A DNA stretch of 63,322 bases, filler included, from Lenisia limosa (GCA_001655205.1; 10 parts of 10 records of this genome joined end to end with filler, not necessarily neighbours in it), one strand, 5' to 3'; shown: positions 25,219 to 38,900, numbered from the whole stretch's first letter. Made by a program: numbers and translations. The notes: a model not told the origin generated them from the sequence alone.

Positions 25219-28184
25219 ATACAAGTTATTCTTATGTTTCAAATACAGGATATTCTATTGTTTCGGATAAAGGTCAATCTTATTATTTCATATAATGTTT
25301 CATATTAAGATCATTCTAATTGTTCAGATGGAAGTGACAGTGGATGGACAGTTAACCTGGAATCCGATTAAACAGTTGAACGGTGATACTGTAATGTACT
25401 ACTACAACAATCAGTTCCCTCCAGTACGTTTGGGTAACCAAGTTTTCTATTGTTTGTTTTTTTTTGCTTTTTGTTTGGAGTTTCAGATTATTGGGTTTGT
25501 GATTAGTACCTTTATTACAACCCCGATACAACTTGGCAAAACCCCCCACCAACCCCCTTCCCTCAACCATCCCTCCACACGCTTTCGTCTTCGGTAGTTC
25601 AGTAAACAATTTTCATTCATACATGAGACACAATGAAACGTAATTTTCCCTGTTTTTTTTTGCTTTTGCCACCATTATATTATGCTTATTGTTACTTGTT
25701 GACAGTAACTATTCACACCTTTTATTTACAACTAGGGCTTCGCTTCGGTTCGAAAATATATTGAATTTCTCTATAAATCCTCGAAAACTACCGATATTTT
25801 AAGGATCTTTTTCGAACCGAAGTGAAGCCCTATTTGCAACAACTACTCACAATCTAGTCGATTTCCATGGTATACCCGGAGAGTTGTCCCACGGCGTCCC
25901 TCTGTACCCTCATATTAATTGGCCATAAGCTGCCAACCCAGTAAGCCCTATCCTAATACAATAAATAATGAAAAAGATGAAATAAAGATGAAATAACTAT
26001 TAAATTAAGATTAAATCAAAATACATAAAAATACAATCAAGGGAAGTGGGAAGATTCGGGGGGATTCGTTTTTAATGTGAATTGAACTTATCTGAAAAAA
26101 CATAATATGGACAGAGCTTATTCTAGTGTGTGTTTATTTGTTGTCTAGTAACCACCAAATCTTTACTTGCGTCTTCACTGCTAAAATCAATAACTGTTCC
26201 AGGACTGCGGAAATTTCTTTTGAAGATGGCGTTACGCTGCCTTTCGAACGGTCCAAGTCCAACCCTACCGTAAGTGAGGCTTCACTTTCAGTTCCAAAAA
26301 AAAGACTGAATTCTCAATAAATCCTCCAATACTGTCATAAATTTTTCAATTTAACCCCCCCCCCCTCAGGTCATTGTTGGAACGTTGCCTCACAGTAGCC
26401 CCGGTTCTAAGAACATCACTATCACTGTTGCCGGGAAAACTATTTACCAAAGGTTTGTTTACCGGATTTTTAGAGCTTCCGTTTCGCTTCTCTATAAGGC
26501 TAGATATTCCGTATTATCATTTTATTTTTTCCTTCTCCTAATCATGTAGTCCTACCGAACTCTTTACTGCGACACTTTCGCCGAGCAGCTTGAATATTCT
26601 CCAAGATATCCCAGATTATGGGAGCAATAATGACCAACCCTTGATCCCCGCACCAGTTTTACAGATTGTGGGAATGGGTTTAATTTGATGTTAGGTTTTA
26701 TTTTGATTCTGATACAAAGAGGTCTGTGGAGGAAGGTATAGTTTAAAATACTGCTTTGTTCACTGCACCGTCCCGCCATATCCCTATTACTGTTATAGGT
26801 GGACTACTATGGCAATGAAATCAAAAATATTGAGGCCAAGTTTACTGTCTTCTTCGAAGACGCTATTTTCGCAACTGGAAACGTGGTTTCCTCCACTGTG
26901 AGGGGTTGGGATGTGGATTGGTAAGAAGAAAGGTGGTGTATACAGTATTTTAACCATTTAGAATGGAAAAGCAGAGTTCAATAATCTAGTTGTACGTGGA
27001 ATCCGAGACTACTCGCACAAGGTTGGAGCAGCATAATTATAGGTTATAGTATGTTTGATTGGTCAGCTCAACTCCCAAAAAAGTCCAACACTCTATGCAC
27101 TAGTTATATGATCATATGTCCAACTAGAATAATGCGATTAGATAAAAACGAACCGAGTGTATTAGAGTTTTCATTGAGATTTGTCGGTCAATTACGATTG
27201 AATAACATATACTTGTGTGGAAATGATCCAAACAAAAAATATGACATTATATCTTAATAATTATCGTTATTTCACACATTCGTGTCATTTTCCTTATGCA
27301 TCACCTCAGTGTATGTACGTATGCAGAGCAGAACTATTCATCCCTCCAGGTTTCATACAAAGTCGAGCTGATCGGTTCGGAAGTCTCTATCAATACCCTA
27401 TATAGTGCCAAGAATCTCACCATTCTGAGCTGCGAGGAGCAAATTGAGAATAGTTTTGCAGTGGGGGAAGGGATATTGTTTTGTATTTTTTGTGAGTATG
27501 TTGGGTTTAAACATTATCACATTATATTGGGTTACTTTGCTAAAGTATTTAAACCTTTATATTTGCGATTTACAAAAGATATAGCTTAATATCCGTGTGA
27601 GGACTTACCCTGGTCAGTGTACATTATATAGCATATCTCACTCTACTTATTAAAGCGAGAATCCTTTCAAGAAGGGCGTTTGTAGTCTATTTTGTAGTGC
27701 TCATCCGTTTATTCCGTTTCAAAATCATAATATTTATGCCAAAAATGTGAAATTAAGGTTGAAAAGATCATATTGCTTATCATATCGTCTCATAATTGCA
27801 GGGGGTCGTGGACGATGAAATCTTGTGCCTCTGCATTGAAGGTTGGCTAGTTTATATTACCAAATTAATGATAATGAACTTCATTAATTTGATAAATTTT
27901 ACATAATTATTTGAGAATTTCATGTGCCTATGCGATCTTGTAAAGTTTGAAAAGGTTATTATTGATCATTTCTTATATTCTTAATACCATTATTATCCAT
28001 CTACATACATACACTGACCGCGATAAGTCCAGACACGTTTGACTGGAGGTAAAGCTATTTGTGTCACGACTTATCGCGGTCAGTGTACACATAAGAATTT
28101 CAATTCTGCCGAAATTGACACATTCAGGAAGAGAATACTCCGAAGAAGGGAATACTCAAAGTTGCAAGGAATGCCCCTCAAAAT
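25219..28184 (+). CDS. Probable surface protein with IPT/TIG and Ig-like repeats and a Cys-rich region; partial
   Basis: Exons MEVTVDGQLTWN.., SISMVYPESCPTASLCTLILIGHKLP (IPT start), VIVGTLPHSSPGSKNITITVAG, VDYYGNEI.., NGKAEFNNLVVRG, LCLCIEG, SCKECPSK with consistent GT-AG phases. An exon at ~23709-23764 may belong to it. Confidence 0.6.
25733..25832. mobile_element. hAT-type MITE, family A (well preserved)
   Basis: TAGGGCTTCGCTTCGGTTCGAAAA..TTTTCGAACCGAAGTGAAGCCCTA; flanks tttacaac / tttgcaac. Confidence 0.9.
28012..28085. mobile_element. Tc1/mariner/pogo-type MITE, family D
   Basis: TA|CACTGACCGCGATAAGTC..GACTTATCGCGGTCAGTG|TA: perfect 18-bp TIR and TA duplication. Confidence 0.9.
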
Positions 28185-28478
28185 GTGGGAGGAGGTTTAA
28201 ATATCGCTGCAAACTGGCGGCGGTCCGACTCTCTTTGTATATTTCCTCTCCNNNNNNNNNNNNNNNNNNNNNNNNNNNNNNNNNNNNNNNNNNNNTTAAT
28301 TAATTAANNNNNNNNNNNNNNNNNNNNNNNNNNNNNNNNNNNNNNNNNNNNCAGTCCTGAGTGGTAAAGTCAGATAAAACCATTATGTCCTTTCAAATGA
28401 ATAAAATATCACGGGGTTGTTCTGAATTGATACTAATGGTACTCTTCAACAATCTGGAGGGAACCAAATCGTTGGCAG

Positions 28479-28680
28479 ATGGAGGAAGAGAAGACTCAAT
28501 CAAGCCGCTGCCGCTGCTGTCGAGAAAGAGAATGAGAAGCAACCCGCTAAGAAGAAGCAGAAAAAGACAAAGAAGACACAAGGCGAAGAGAAAGGAAGGG
28601 CTGAAAAGAAGAAAATTGAGAAAGAGAAAGCTAAAAAGAAGAAGAAAATTGAGAAAAAGAAGAAACCAACTAAGAAATGA
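28479..28680 (+). CDS. Terminal exon of an unknown Lys/Glu-rich protein
   Basis: After ggcag|: WRKRRLNQAAAAAVEKENEKQPAKKKQKK..KKKKPTKK-TGA; upstream exons lost at the scaffold edge. Confidence 0.55.
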
Positions 28681-28917
28681 GATGTTCTTTTCTGTTTATT
28701 TAGGTTCCAAATATATATCATATTATTATCATTCATTTATNNNNNNNNNNAAAATGACGGAAAATGGGAATTTATAAAAAATCGGGTAAAATCGGGTTTG
28801 GTGTCGGTAGCATATTATATGTACATAATTATTGAGTTGTAAGACAATTCTCTTCACAATCTTGCTTTAATTCTCATCTTTCTCCCCCTAGATACACAAA
28901 ATAGATATCCTCATGAC

Positions 28918-29013
28918 TAGGGCTTCCCTACGGTCCGAAACAGAGCGAAAATTATCGATGTTTGTTGGGGATTTTCGAGAAATGTAGTCTTTTTTGGGGT
29001 AGGGGAAGCCCTA
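28918..29013. mobile_element. hAT-type MITE, family A subfamily 2
   Basis: TAGGGCTTCCCTAC..GTAGGGGAAGCCCTA with an exact 8-bp TSD ctcatgac on both sides. Confidence 0.92.
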
Positions 29014-29402
29014 CTCATGACGCTTTGTTTTTGTATTATTCTGTTTTCATTTCATATTAGTGACTGAGTAAAAAATCAAATGAATTTGACCTCCGGCTCT
29101 TCTCACCCCAAATCCCCATTCATATTAGTTTCCTTGTCTCTGACACTATGTAGAGTTCAGCCAGAGCAAGACGAACAACGTTTGTGAAACCAGTAACAAT
29201 GAAATGAAATGGCTCATATCAAGTTTTAGCTCATATTGAATATATTATATCATTTCAAATGACACCTACATGATTTTTTTATCTTTCATTGATCTGGACT
29301 AAAATAACATGTATTGGCAAGTAAAAAACAAAGGTCAAATAAAGGAAAGAAATAACCAAAAACACAAAGGGAATAAAAGGGGGGGAGCTGAAGCTATTAA
29401 TA

Positions 29403-32400
29403 TCAGTCCAAAGATGACAGAGCCATAGTCACTTGGCTCATCTGTAAGCCAGCAGTCATCCGGCTGTGGATGATACGGGGGCTTTGTGTTTTGGTTGAAA
29501 CACGGTGATTGGGTCGAGATTTTTTCAGTTGCGGAGGTTCCACCCTTGACACCAATTGTCGAAGGTCAAGAGGCAGATGATTGTAAATGGTTCGCTTGCT
29601 TGTGACAAAATGCCACGATGGTGAGGCCTTAACAGGGAAATAAAATATTCTTAATATTCACCTCAAATTGGCCAAAAAGACCCTCTTGGAGCAAGTACCA
29701 AGGTGGGAGTGAACAAGCGATTAAAAGTTCTCAACTTTATCTGTGCTGTTTGCCTTGGTTTGAAAGCCTGGCGTGTACTCAACTAATCCTTTGGCAAGGG
29801 AGAAGCGAATTTGAATGCGGTTATGGAAAAGTTAAAAACAAAAAGTTGAAGAATGAGTCTGAAATGCAGAGTTAAATAAAAATCAATATCATTACCTTCG
29901 GAACAAAAGTGTGAAGCTTAGAAGAGGCGAATTGGTAAAAGGCCAGGTTTTTCGGTAGCGCTTCATGGGTCTGGCCTGTTTAGCAACGTTGGGGAAATGT
30001 CAAAAATGGTTGCATAGATTTGGAAGGAAGGTTAAGTGGTTGCACAGAAAACGAAGATTTCCTAAGGGAACTTCTTTTGACTGTTCGCGTAAACCAGATG
30101 GAACTTGACCCAGGAGAACATAAGCCTAGCTTAATGTCTCACTGGCGAGCAACTTCTTGTAAGAAACGGTGAACGGAAAAGAAAATAGATACCTGGTTGA
30201 TCCTGTTAAACAGCAGAAAAGTAATTTTTAATGAATAAACACAAGCAGTAAACACCAGTGTAACCAAAAATAACCTACATGTAGTTGAGCCGAAAAGACA
30301 AGAGAAGTTTCGTCGTCGTTGATCATCTAGGACACCTCTTTTGTCGTGACTGAGGTAGAGATCCTGGGCAGCTTGGACAGTTTCTGCGGCATCATCGTCA
30401 CCATTTGCTGAGAGCATGGATCACATCTGGGATCACGAACACTTCAGCCATCGGCACAGACTGGAAATCACTGTCCCAGTTACTATTGGTGAGGAAGGTT
30501 GTTTTTGATACAGCAACCTTTTGTTGAGGAACAAAGACTGAGTTGGAGTCCCGCATCATAAAAAACCGAGCCCGCTTGAGGAGATGTGGTGTATCTTGTG
30601 TTGGTAGTACAACAACAACGGCTCCGCAAGGTAAATGTGCTTGCATCAGGATTTTCAGGTTAGATTGCCAATTGTCGCCTCTGTCACAAGAAATTTGAGA
30701 ATCTGGAACAAAAGCCTTGATGCTGTTGGTAGCAAAACATTCAACCAAATAACGACACTCATCAACAAGACGAACCCAGGCACCTTCAAAGAGTCCAACT
30801 GACATCTAATAGTGTCAATGCAAATAAATTAAGAATTATATTAAAAACACTAAATTTTAACTTGACGCCATATGGATATGTACCTACACTGTCTCCATAA
30901 ACATGTGTGCATTATCGTTGACATCATATGATGATAAACGATAAACCACTTTTATATCTGTATTACACATACTATACAGTAGGACATGGTATCAAAATAG
31001 ATCAATACAATGCTGCATGTGAAGGTAATGTCATGCAAAAATCCAACCCCAGCATACAGTACAGCCGGACAGCTTATAGTCAACAAAGACCGTTCCTTTG
31101 ACTGTGAAGTCACCAAAGATTGAAGACAAATGTTGACTTCTACTGGCAACATGCATCTGCCATGCAAGCTGAAGTGCATATGTGGGAGTTGGGAGAAGCG
31201 CGAGATTGCGCTATATGGGACATTTACATTCCATGATGAAGAAATTATTATTATCCAAGATAAACGCGTCAGGGGACATGCACATAACCTCGTCAGTGTC
31301 CCAACTGGGCAGAGCTGCCGTCACAAGACCACATCTGAAGACCTATTTAGGTTAATTAGTGGTAAGATTCCCAAAAGAAAAAACAATCAATGAGCGGAGG
31401 AAATACTTAATAATAATAACACAACAAACATAATAACACCAGTCCTACCTTTATTGAGGGGGAGAATGCCGTCTTGATAAACTTTTCAACACAAGTATAT
31501 ACAGCGTTTGCTTCGTTTTCAATGCCATGTTGCATGGAGTTTTAGTCTTCTCAATGGGAGTTTTCGTCTTCTCGTTCCCGCTTTTGTTTTCACCACGTAT
31601 CTCAGTTCGTTCTTTCATAAATTTGTTGTAGTCAGCTTTGACACTATTAACAACATGACACTGTCCAAGCCCACTATTTGGCTTAATATGACGATGTTAG
31701 ATTAAGTACGTGCTGATACTCTTTTGAATGAGTCGGTGCTCAGCCACTTTAGTGAAGTGGGTGATACGGAAGAGATCAGAAAGCCAACGCACCAATTCGT
31801 CCAAATTTTCCCCAAAACCAAGCATCAGTACCTTGTTGCACCGAAAAGAGATCAATGGGAGAGCTTTTGGACAGGTTACTAAAGGGAGCAGTGATCAGGC
31901 ATTTCTTCGGTTCATAAGCAACAGGCCGTTTGAGAGACGTGACCTTGGTAACTTCGGTGAGAGGATGATTGGTATTTGTGACAGGTGTAAAATTCCGAGC
32001 TTTCAGTATAATTGGTCCATTATGTAAAGGTGATGGCGCTGCTGAAGGTAACTGCTTCTTAGGGTGCTTGGATGGTGGTTGTTCGACAGTTGGTGGAGGT
32101 TGGGGAGGGTCAAGGTCAAGTGTAGTTGATGGGTGGAGGGATGCAAGGAGTGTACTTGAGTGCGATTGTTCAAGTTTCGACTGAAATGTCACATAACGAG
32201 GGGAAATCAAAGGCATCGTTTGTTGATAATATGAACTAGTAGATAAGGAAACTATCTCAAATAAGTGGCTCACTAAATAGAGGAGCAGTGAAGAAAGATG
32301 AGATGATCGAATCACACAGGTTGCTAGGTCCTTTGAGAGCTGACTAATCGAGGTGAGAAAAAAGTATATATATATATAATTTTGAGAACAAAACGTCTGT

Positions 32401-32560
32401 TATTTTTGTTACTCACGCACGCTTTCAGGCGGACTCCATGACCATTGAAGACATATGCAATTGAGAGAGCTTTTGTGTCTGCTTCTTTTCGGAAAATAAT
32501 GGCATCTTTCATGATTAGATCAATTTCTGAAAGGAAATAAGTTCTTCGCTGCAGCAACGG
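29403..32560 (-). CDS. Uncharacterised multi-exon protein
   Basis: Long stop-free exon-like stretches (30398-30805, ~31800-32200), exons VFRCGLVTAALPSWDTDE|RNLALLPTPTYALQLAW, and a final exon ending MALSSLD-TGA at 29403; no family recognised. Confidence 0.5.
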
Positions 32561-33069
32561 GATACATTTCTAACAAATCATAAAAGTTGGAAGAATTGAG
32601 GAAATAGAACAAGAACAGACCTGACTGGTCACAGTTTTTGAGAGCGTTGGTAGTAGGTCTTTCACTTCATTCAAAAAAATTCAAACTTCTTGAAGTGGGC
32701 CACGGGGTCGGGGTGATTGGGGTTCTAAATGAGGTCCAGGATTTGAAAAGAGGGAGGAAAAAAACAAAAAAATATTGAAAATCAAAGATCGCTGATCTCA
32801 AAAGTTCTTGAGCAAAAATGAAAAAAAAAGTTTCTTACTTTTCTGCAAAACCAGTTTGTTTTTTCTTCATTTCCTTTTCTCTTTGGTACAATTATGCGTG
32901 ATTAACACTCATTGGTCCATAATCAATATAAAACCAATAGGAGCTTTTGGGCACTCATATCAGTCATTTTGCCACAATTGCANNNNNNNNNNTGTGGTAA
33001 ATTGTATAAAATATTATTGTTTTATGAAGTTTTGTCTTGATTAAAGCAAGCAAAATGATAAGTCTAATG

Positions 33070-33570
33070 ACACATGATGTCGAGGTATAGCACCCTTTGT
33101 CGAGGTATAGCACCCCCCTGTCGAGGTTTTCCAACCCCACCTATATCATATATATCATATATCATATGTATATATTTAATATATTATACATTACATAGCT
33201 AGATGTTTATAATCATACAAAAATATCAACAAATATGCAATTACAATGTCTACTTTGTATAAAATCAAGTATCAATTCCAACCATATCAAAATTGGTATC
33301 GCTTTCTTGGTTGTTGCTGTTCTTTCTTCTTTTCTTCTTCTTTTTGCTCAAAATTTCTTTTTTTTGATGTTATTGATAGTCTAGTACTCAAAACTGCCGA
33401 CTTTCACACTAAAAAGGGTGTTATTGAAGCGGTTTATGTCGATTTTTGGCTTGTTTGCGGTTTTAATCATGTTCGCGGTTTTAAACACCAACCTATAGTA
33501 GGTGGGGGTGCAAAACCTCGACAGGGGTGGTATACCTCGACAGGGGGTGCTATACCTCGACAACGGGTGT
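33070..33570. mobile_element. ~500-bp non-autonomous DNA element with compound ~70-bp TIRs
   Basis: Left arm has three TGTCGAGGTATAGCACCC-like units ending ccccacctata; right arm (33497-33570) is its reverse complement. Confidence 0.8.
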
Positions 33571-34040
33571 ATTTTTTTTGCGTAGTTTCAAAAAACGATT
33601 GCAGGCCTTATTGTCTCCTCCAGTGACTTTTGTATTAACTCAATTTCCTCAACAAAACCACCTTTTTCAAGACCATTTATCTATTGTACACAAGAGATTA
33701 GACAAAGGAAACATACAACACCTTATTCTTCTTAGGTTTTTTGCCCCCTAAATTGTAAAATGTTGTGAAAAACTACAACAACTCAAATACAAAAAATAAA
33801 GGCCACTCATACCACGAGTATTAGCCTTTTTGGCTTTTGCAGCTCGTTTTTTTCCACCTACGAAATCAATAATCCTACCAAGTCTAGAAATACACAATGT
33901 AATTACAAATTCTTGATAGGATTCAACCACCACCAACCATNNNNNNNNNNNNNNNNNNNNNNNNNNNNNNNNNNNNNNNNNNNNTTAATTAATTAANNNN
34001 NNNNNNNNNNNNNNNNNNNNNNNNNNNNNNNNNNNNNNNN

Positions 34041-34858
34041 AGTGGGTTATATTTTATATTATGGGGTCTTTTTTGCTTTCTGTATGTGTCTTCCTCACAG
34101 CGTTTGGATCACTAATACTACTCATACCTGAGCTTCGCTTTGGTTCGAAAACGACCGGGGAAATATCGATATTGTTTGAGGATTTATCGAGAAGGTCAGT
34201 CCTTTTTCGAACTGAAGTGAAGCCCTACTACTCATACCAAATATTGCTCTTATCATCGATTCCTCTAACCACACCCAGATTATATTAATGATGATCCGAA
34301 CGAAACCGGTGGCATCAAGACAAAGCCAATTAAACGTTGGGGGTGGTTCTCTGATACACTCTGGATGATCCGTCGGTCACCTCGGTTCAACAGTTACATA
34401 TTACTACTATTAATACATGTGAATTATCATTATTTTTAGTTTTCCATACAGTGATATGATACCTATCATCCCCCTTCACTATCGCAGGTGCCGGTTTCAG
34501 GAGCCGAGCAATGGCCCGCTGCCCAGGTGGGGGGAGACTATGATAAAGTGGCAGGTAGTTTTATGTTCTTATAATTAGGGCTTCCCTACAGTCCCCAAAA
34601 GATCGGTAAAGTATCGATATTTATCGACGATATTTCGAAATATTCTGTCTTTGTGGGACGGCAGGGAAGACTTGGTTTTAATAGAAGGAGAGGGGATATG
34701 GGGTTCTATAGGAATATTTCTTCCTTTTTAATAGAAAACAAATCGATATGACCGGGATAATGTGATCTCCCTTGAAGACTTATCCCGGTCATTGTATCAT
34801 ATCACAAATGTGATGACCCTCCCAGGTAAATGAGGAGAGAGAGCCCTTGATCAACTAG
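34041..34858 (+). CDS. Possible 3' part of a small membrane protein
   Basis: SGLYFILWGLFCF, then candidate exons DYINDDPNETG, VPVSGAEQWPAAQVGGDYDK and VNEEREPLIN-TAG; splicing not fully resolved. Confidence 0.3.
34129..34227. mobile_element. hAT-type MITE, family A
   Basis: tgagcttcgctttggttcgaaaa..tttttcgaactgaagtgaagcccta flanked by an 11-bp direct repeat ctactcatacc. Confidence 0.85.
34576..34674. mobile_element. hAT-type MITE, family A subfamily 2
   Basis: TAGGGCTTCCCTACAGTCCCCAAAAGA..ttgtgggacggcagggaagacttg; flanks cttataat / gttttaat. Confidence 0.8.
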
Positions 34859-35081
34859 CCCATTTTTCTTTTGTAAACTATTTCATGGAGTTCTATTTAT
34901 TTCTTACAAATCTATTTCACGGGGATTGGGGGGTGAAAAAGGAAAATTTAATTAACAAAAAATCCCAAAATCAACTCTACCCCCCCCCCCCTTTTTTTAA
35001 AAAAAANNNNNNNNNNNNNNNNNNNNNNNNNNNNNNNNNNNNNNNNNNNNNNNNNNNNNNNNNNNNNTTATGCCTCGTGGT

Positions 35082-35175
35082 TATGGTTTTACTTCGGTTC
35101 GAAAAGAAACTAAAATATCGATAGTTTTCAGGATTTATCGAGAAATTCAGTCTTTTTGAACCGAAGAAAAGCCCC
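35082..35175. mobile_element. hAT-type MITE, family A (degenerate)
   Basis: tatggttttacttcggttcgaaaag..gagaaattcagtctttttgaaccgaagaaaagcccc. Confidence 0.75.
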
Positions 35176-35901
35176 ACTTAAATAATTGGATAATTAATTG
35201 CCAAATTTAAAGTGGAAGATATAGGAACACTTCACTCTATTTCAAATTTTGTCAATTAATTTCGTTAAAAATTAATCGTGTGAACACCCATGATTTCAAT
35301 AAGGAAACTCCAAAGACATCACCTCAAATTGGTCAGTTCTATCAATGCATTGCATCATACAAAATACGCTAATTCGGTCTATAATCAAAGCGACGGCCTC
35401 TGTGGGGAGGGGGGTAAAACGAAGGAAATTTAGAGGGAGGTAAACTGAAAATTCGATAAAAAAATATTGGCGTAAAGGTACTAATCACAAACTCCAAACT
35501 AAAAAACAAGGTAAAACTAAGAAATGGGGGGGGGGNNNNNNNNNNNNNNNNNNNNNNNNNNNNNNNNNNNNNNNNNNNNNNNNNNNNNNNNNNNNNNNNN
35601 NNNNNNNNNNNNNNNNNNNNNNNNNNNNNNNNNNNNNNNNNNNNNNNNNNNNNNNNNNNNNATCACATCCTCTATCCCCCTCAGTGATAGTGACCATAAA
35701 CTAGCCCAGCAAGACCAATCAAGATAAACTATGAGCATGCTGTCATTGACGTCCCTATTCACTTCGGCTCCGTGCAATTAACTGACAAAATGTGAAGTAA
35801 TGTAAACTCAGTTTGAGACACTTTAATTCCTAATTCTGTTAATTAATATCCTCATAAAGTAATTGCACGAAGCCCTATTATACCTCTATTCACCTATTCA
35901 C

Positions 35902-38900
35902 CTATCTTCCGTTCGAGAGATCAGGGGAGATTGTTTCGGTGTACGAGGCTATTTCGTCATCAAAAGACTCATCAGGAGCTGGGGGGGATGAAATTAAGAC
36001 ATTCAAATTCTTTCAATTTCCCAAAAACCAACATTGTTTAACAGAGGGCAGGTTATCCATTGAGACCTTCACATAGCTGCTGTCCGAATCAACTGAGCCC
36101 TGTTGTGGGAATTGAGTTTTTTGTTATTAAAATACACTTATCAAAAATATTATTGCATCAGATAGAATACACATTTGTATACTACGCAGTATCACACGAG
36201 CGCACTTTGGTGAATGATGCACAATTATAAAAGTATTGAGTATACGATGTCTAATCCCTATGTATTATTTATACAACCAAGACTAGCGACAGTAAATTTT
36301 GAAAGGACTCAAATATGGACAAGTGATATGACCATATGACCGACTTTTGAGTAAGGTCAGGATTCATAGGAGTGGATATAAGGTATCATATCACTGGGAG
36401 GAAAATGATAGTTCACATGTGTAAAATGATCCCTACTCAGTAAATTAATTATTCTTTGCTTGAAATGGAGTTACCATGACAATAGGTCTCACTCAAATTG
36501 TGCAATTAATTACAATTAATTTCACCGAGCCCTAATACTCAGTATATTCCTCTGTATCAGATAATATACTGATATGTCGTTGCAACAGAGAGAGAAGCTT
36601 ACATTAGAGGAAGAGAGGGCATTCTCTTCATATCCGGGACTAGTCCTGGAGATATCAGAGTACGGACTTGACAATTGGCAAATTCAAACATTCCATCCAG
36701 ATTTGATGGTAATTGGAAACCATTTTCAAGTTTGAGCTGATACTTCAAACAAACAGTACCAAACGTTAGAACGCATCCCAAAAATAACGCAGAGAATACT
36801 GCTAGATGTCAACTCCCACACCATCATTAACTCAATCCCCTCATCCAACCGAAAGCACATTCACAAATAACCCCCATCAGATAAATACCTCCAAAGAGAA
36901 ATAAAAACAAGGCTGTATCCGGCCGAAGCCGTCCACACCATTACGGATACTGGACTACAGTATAATAGTAATTCATCCAATCATTTGCCTTACAACTCTA
37001 ACTCTGTACACACAGCTTTTCACATACATAAAGGGCTCAGCATCAGCACTCTCAAGAGAGTCTACAATATTGCTCCCCTCAGCGTCTTCGATAACCGAGT
37101 CTATAACGTGGGGGCTCTCAGCTACAAGTTTACTTCATGTGTGGTAGTAGAATAGGATTAACCAGAAACCACTAGATCTTTATATGATTCAAATTTAAAC
37201 TGCAAAATGTAAGACCTCCCCACAGTTCAAGTTCGATATATGAAATATTGACCTTTTATCGGTCTTTTCGAACCATAAAGAAGTTGTAGATATGATTTTG
37301 GTAAACTTTCCACTTGTATATCAAATCACCAAAAGTGATATGATGAGAGATAGTCTTCCGTCCTTTTGGAACATGGCGAACACCTAATTACCTTTCTTTA
37401 GATTGAGCTTGCACTTCTGAAGCTCAATGTCCGTGATTATCTCTCGGAATTCAGGAGACAGTTCGCTCTCAATAGCGGATTGTACTACCTCCTAGGTTAA
37501 GAGTCAATAGTATTTGTACTAGTATCTTTAATTTAGATGTGGACGGCTATGGCCATAAAATACATTTTTCACATTTTTTCATATCATATTTGAGGTTTAC
37601 AAAAAATCTAGTACCCTGTACAGTTGTAAATATACTTCGAATTGAATCCAAATAATTATTGAATTTTTTGACAATGAATCCAAGTCGATTTACTGAGGTG
37701 GGCCAACCTGTTCTTTGTAGGGAGGAGGAGGGCTATCCTTAAATGTCAGCGAATGTTATTATATAATATAATGTGATGAATAAGACAATTGGAAAAATCA
37801 TAACAATCCAGTCAATTGAAGAAACACCATTCGTTGAATTTACCAACTTAGTGAAATTATTAACAAAAATCAAATCAAGGAATTATTTTTTCTGAATTTG
37901 ACAGGTTACAATGTCCTCCTGCTGGAGAAATTTATATCATGAATGACTTGGTAAACTTTCCAATAAATGAACAAATCAAATCATTACTATAAAGTCAAAT
38001 CAAATAATTTTTGAATTTAATATTCTAATAGAAATGTGGAAATGAATAACGTATTGAATGCATCACAAATATAATTTTAAAAATTTGACATAACTGATAT
38101 TTTGAGTCAAAAAACAGTTATCTGTGGTTCTATCAAGTAAAAATGACACTATTATTTATAAAAGTTCATAAATTATCGCGCAATCCCAATGCGTGTACCT
38201 GAGACTCCTCATTGCGTCGATGCATATTCGCAATGAATTCCATCATCACAGCTCGGTTCTCAGCGTAGGGAGGCGAAGTCATGGCTCCGACAAAAGGAGG
38301 GGCTGAGGCTGAGTCGCCACGGAGCTCATCGCCATCTTGGATTTATGAGAATATAGTATGATACGTTGTAGTATATCAACGACCCTACACCGAACACGGC
38401 TTTCACGCATTTACACTATAACCCAACCACCCATATTCACAGACAATATAACTATAGTTTCACTTCGGTTCGAAAAGGGACTGAATTTCTCGATATATCC
38501 CCGAAAATTATCTATATTTCGTGAAATCCTAGACAATCCCCTTCCCCATAACTCCATTTACACCCACCAATAGACTCTTGGTAGTCATGATCCTCCACCG
38601 GAGTCCTGAAAAACACACCACTAAAGGAAAGGTTAACTAAGAAAATAGTTACAAGATTGAAAATAAAAAGATATGTACTATGTCCAAATGAGAACACATC
38701 AACACAGTATCATACAAGCCTATGAAGATATATATAATGTAATAAAAAGAGTCATTTCAAACCCACTGAAGATAATCTCCAAAGTCTTCAAGTGCGTCAA
38801 GGGTATGATCTAGCGAAATGTACATGCAATCTTCAATCCCATGTCTGCAATGTTAGTTTCTCGTGAGACTTGGTACAATTGTAGGGCTTCGTGCAATTTA

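Noticed and set aside
34061-34288. ORF starting with a signal-peptide-like MGSFLLSVCVFL
   Set aside because: Most of it reads through a family A MITE; another frame fits the local splice signals better.
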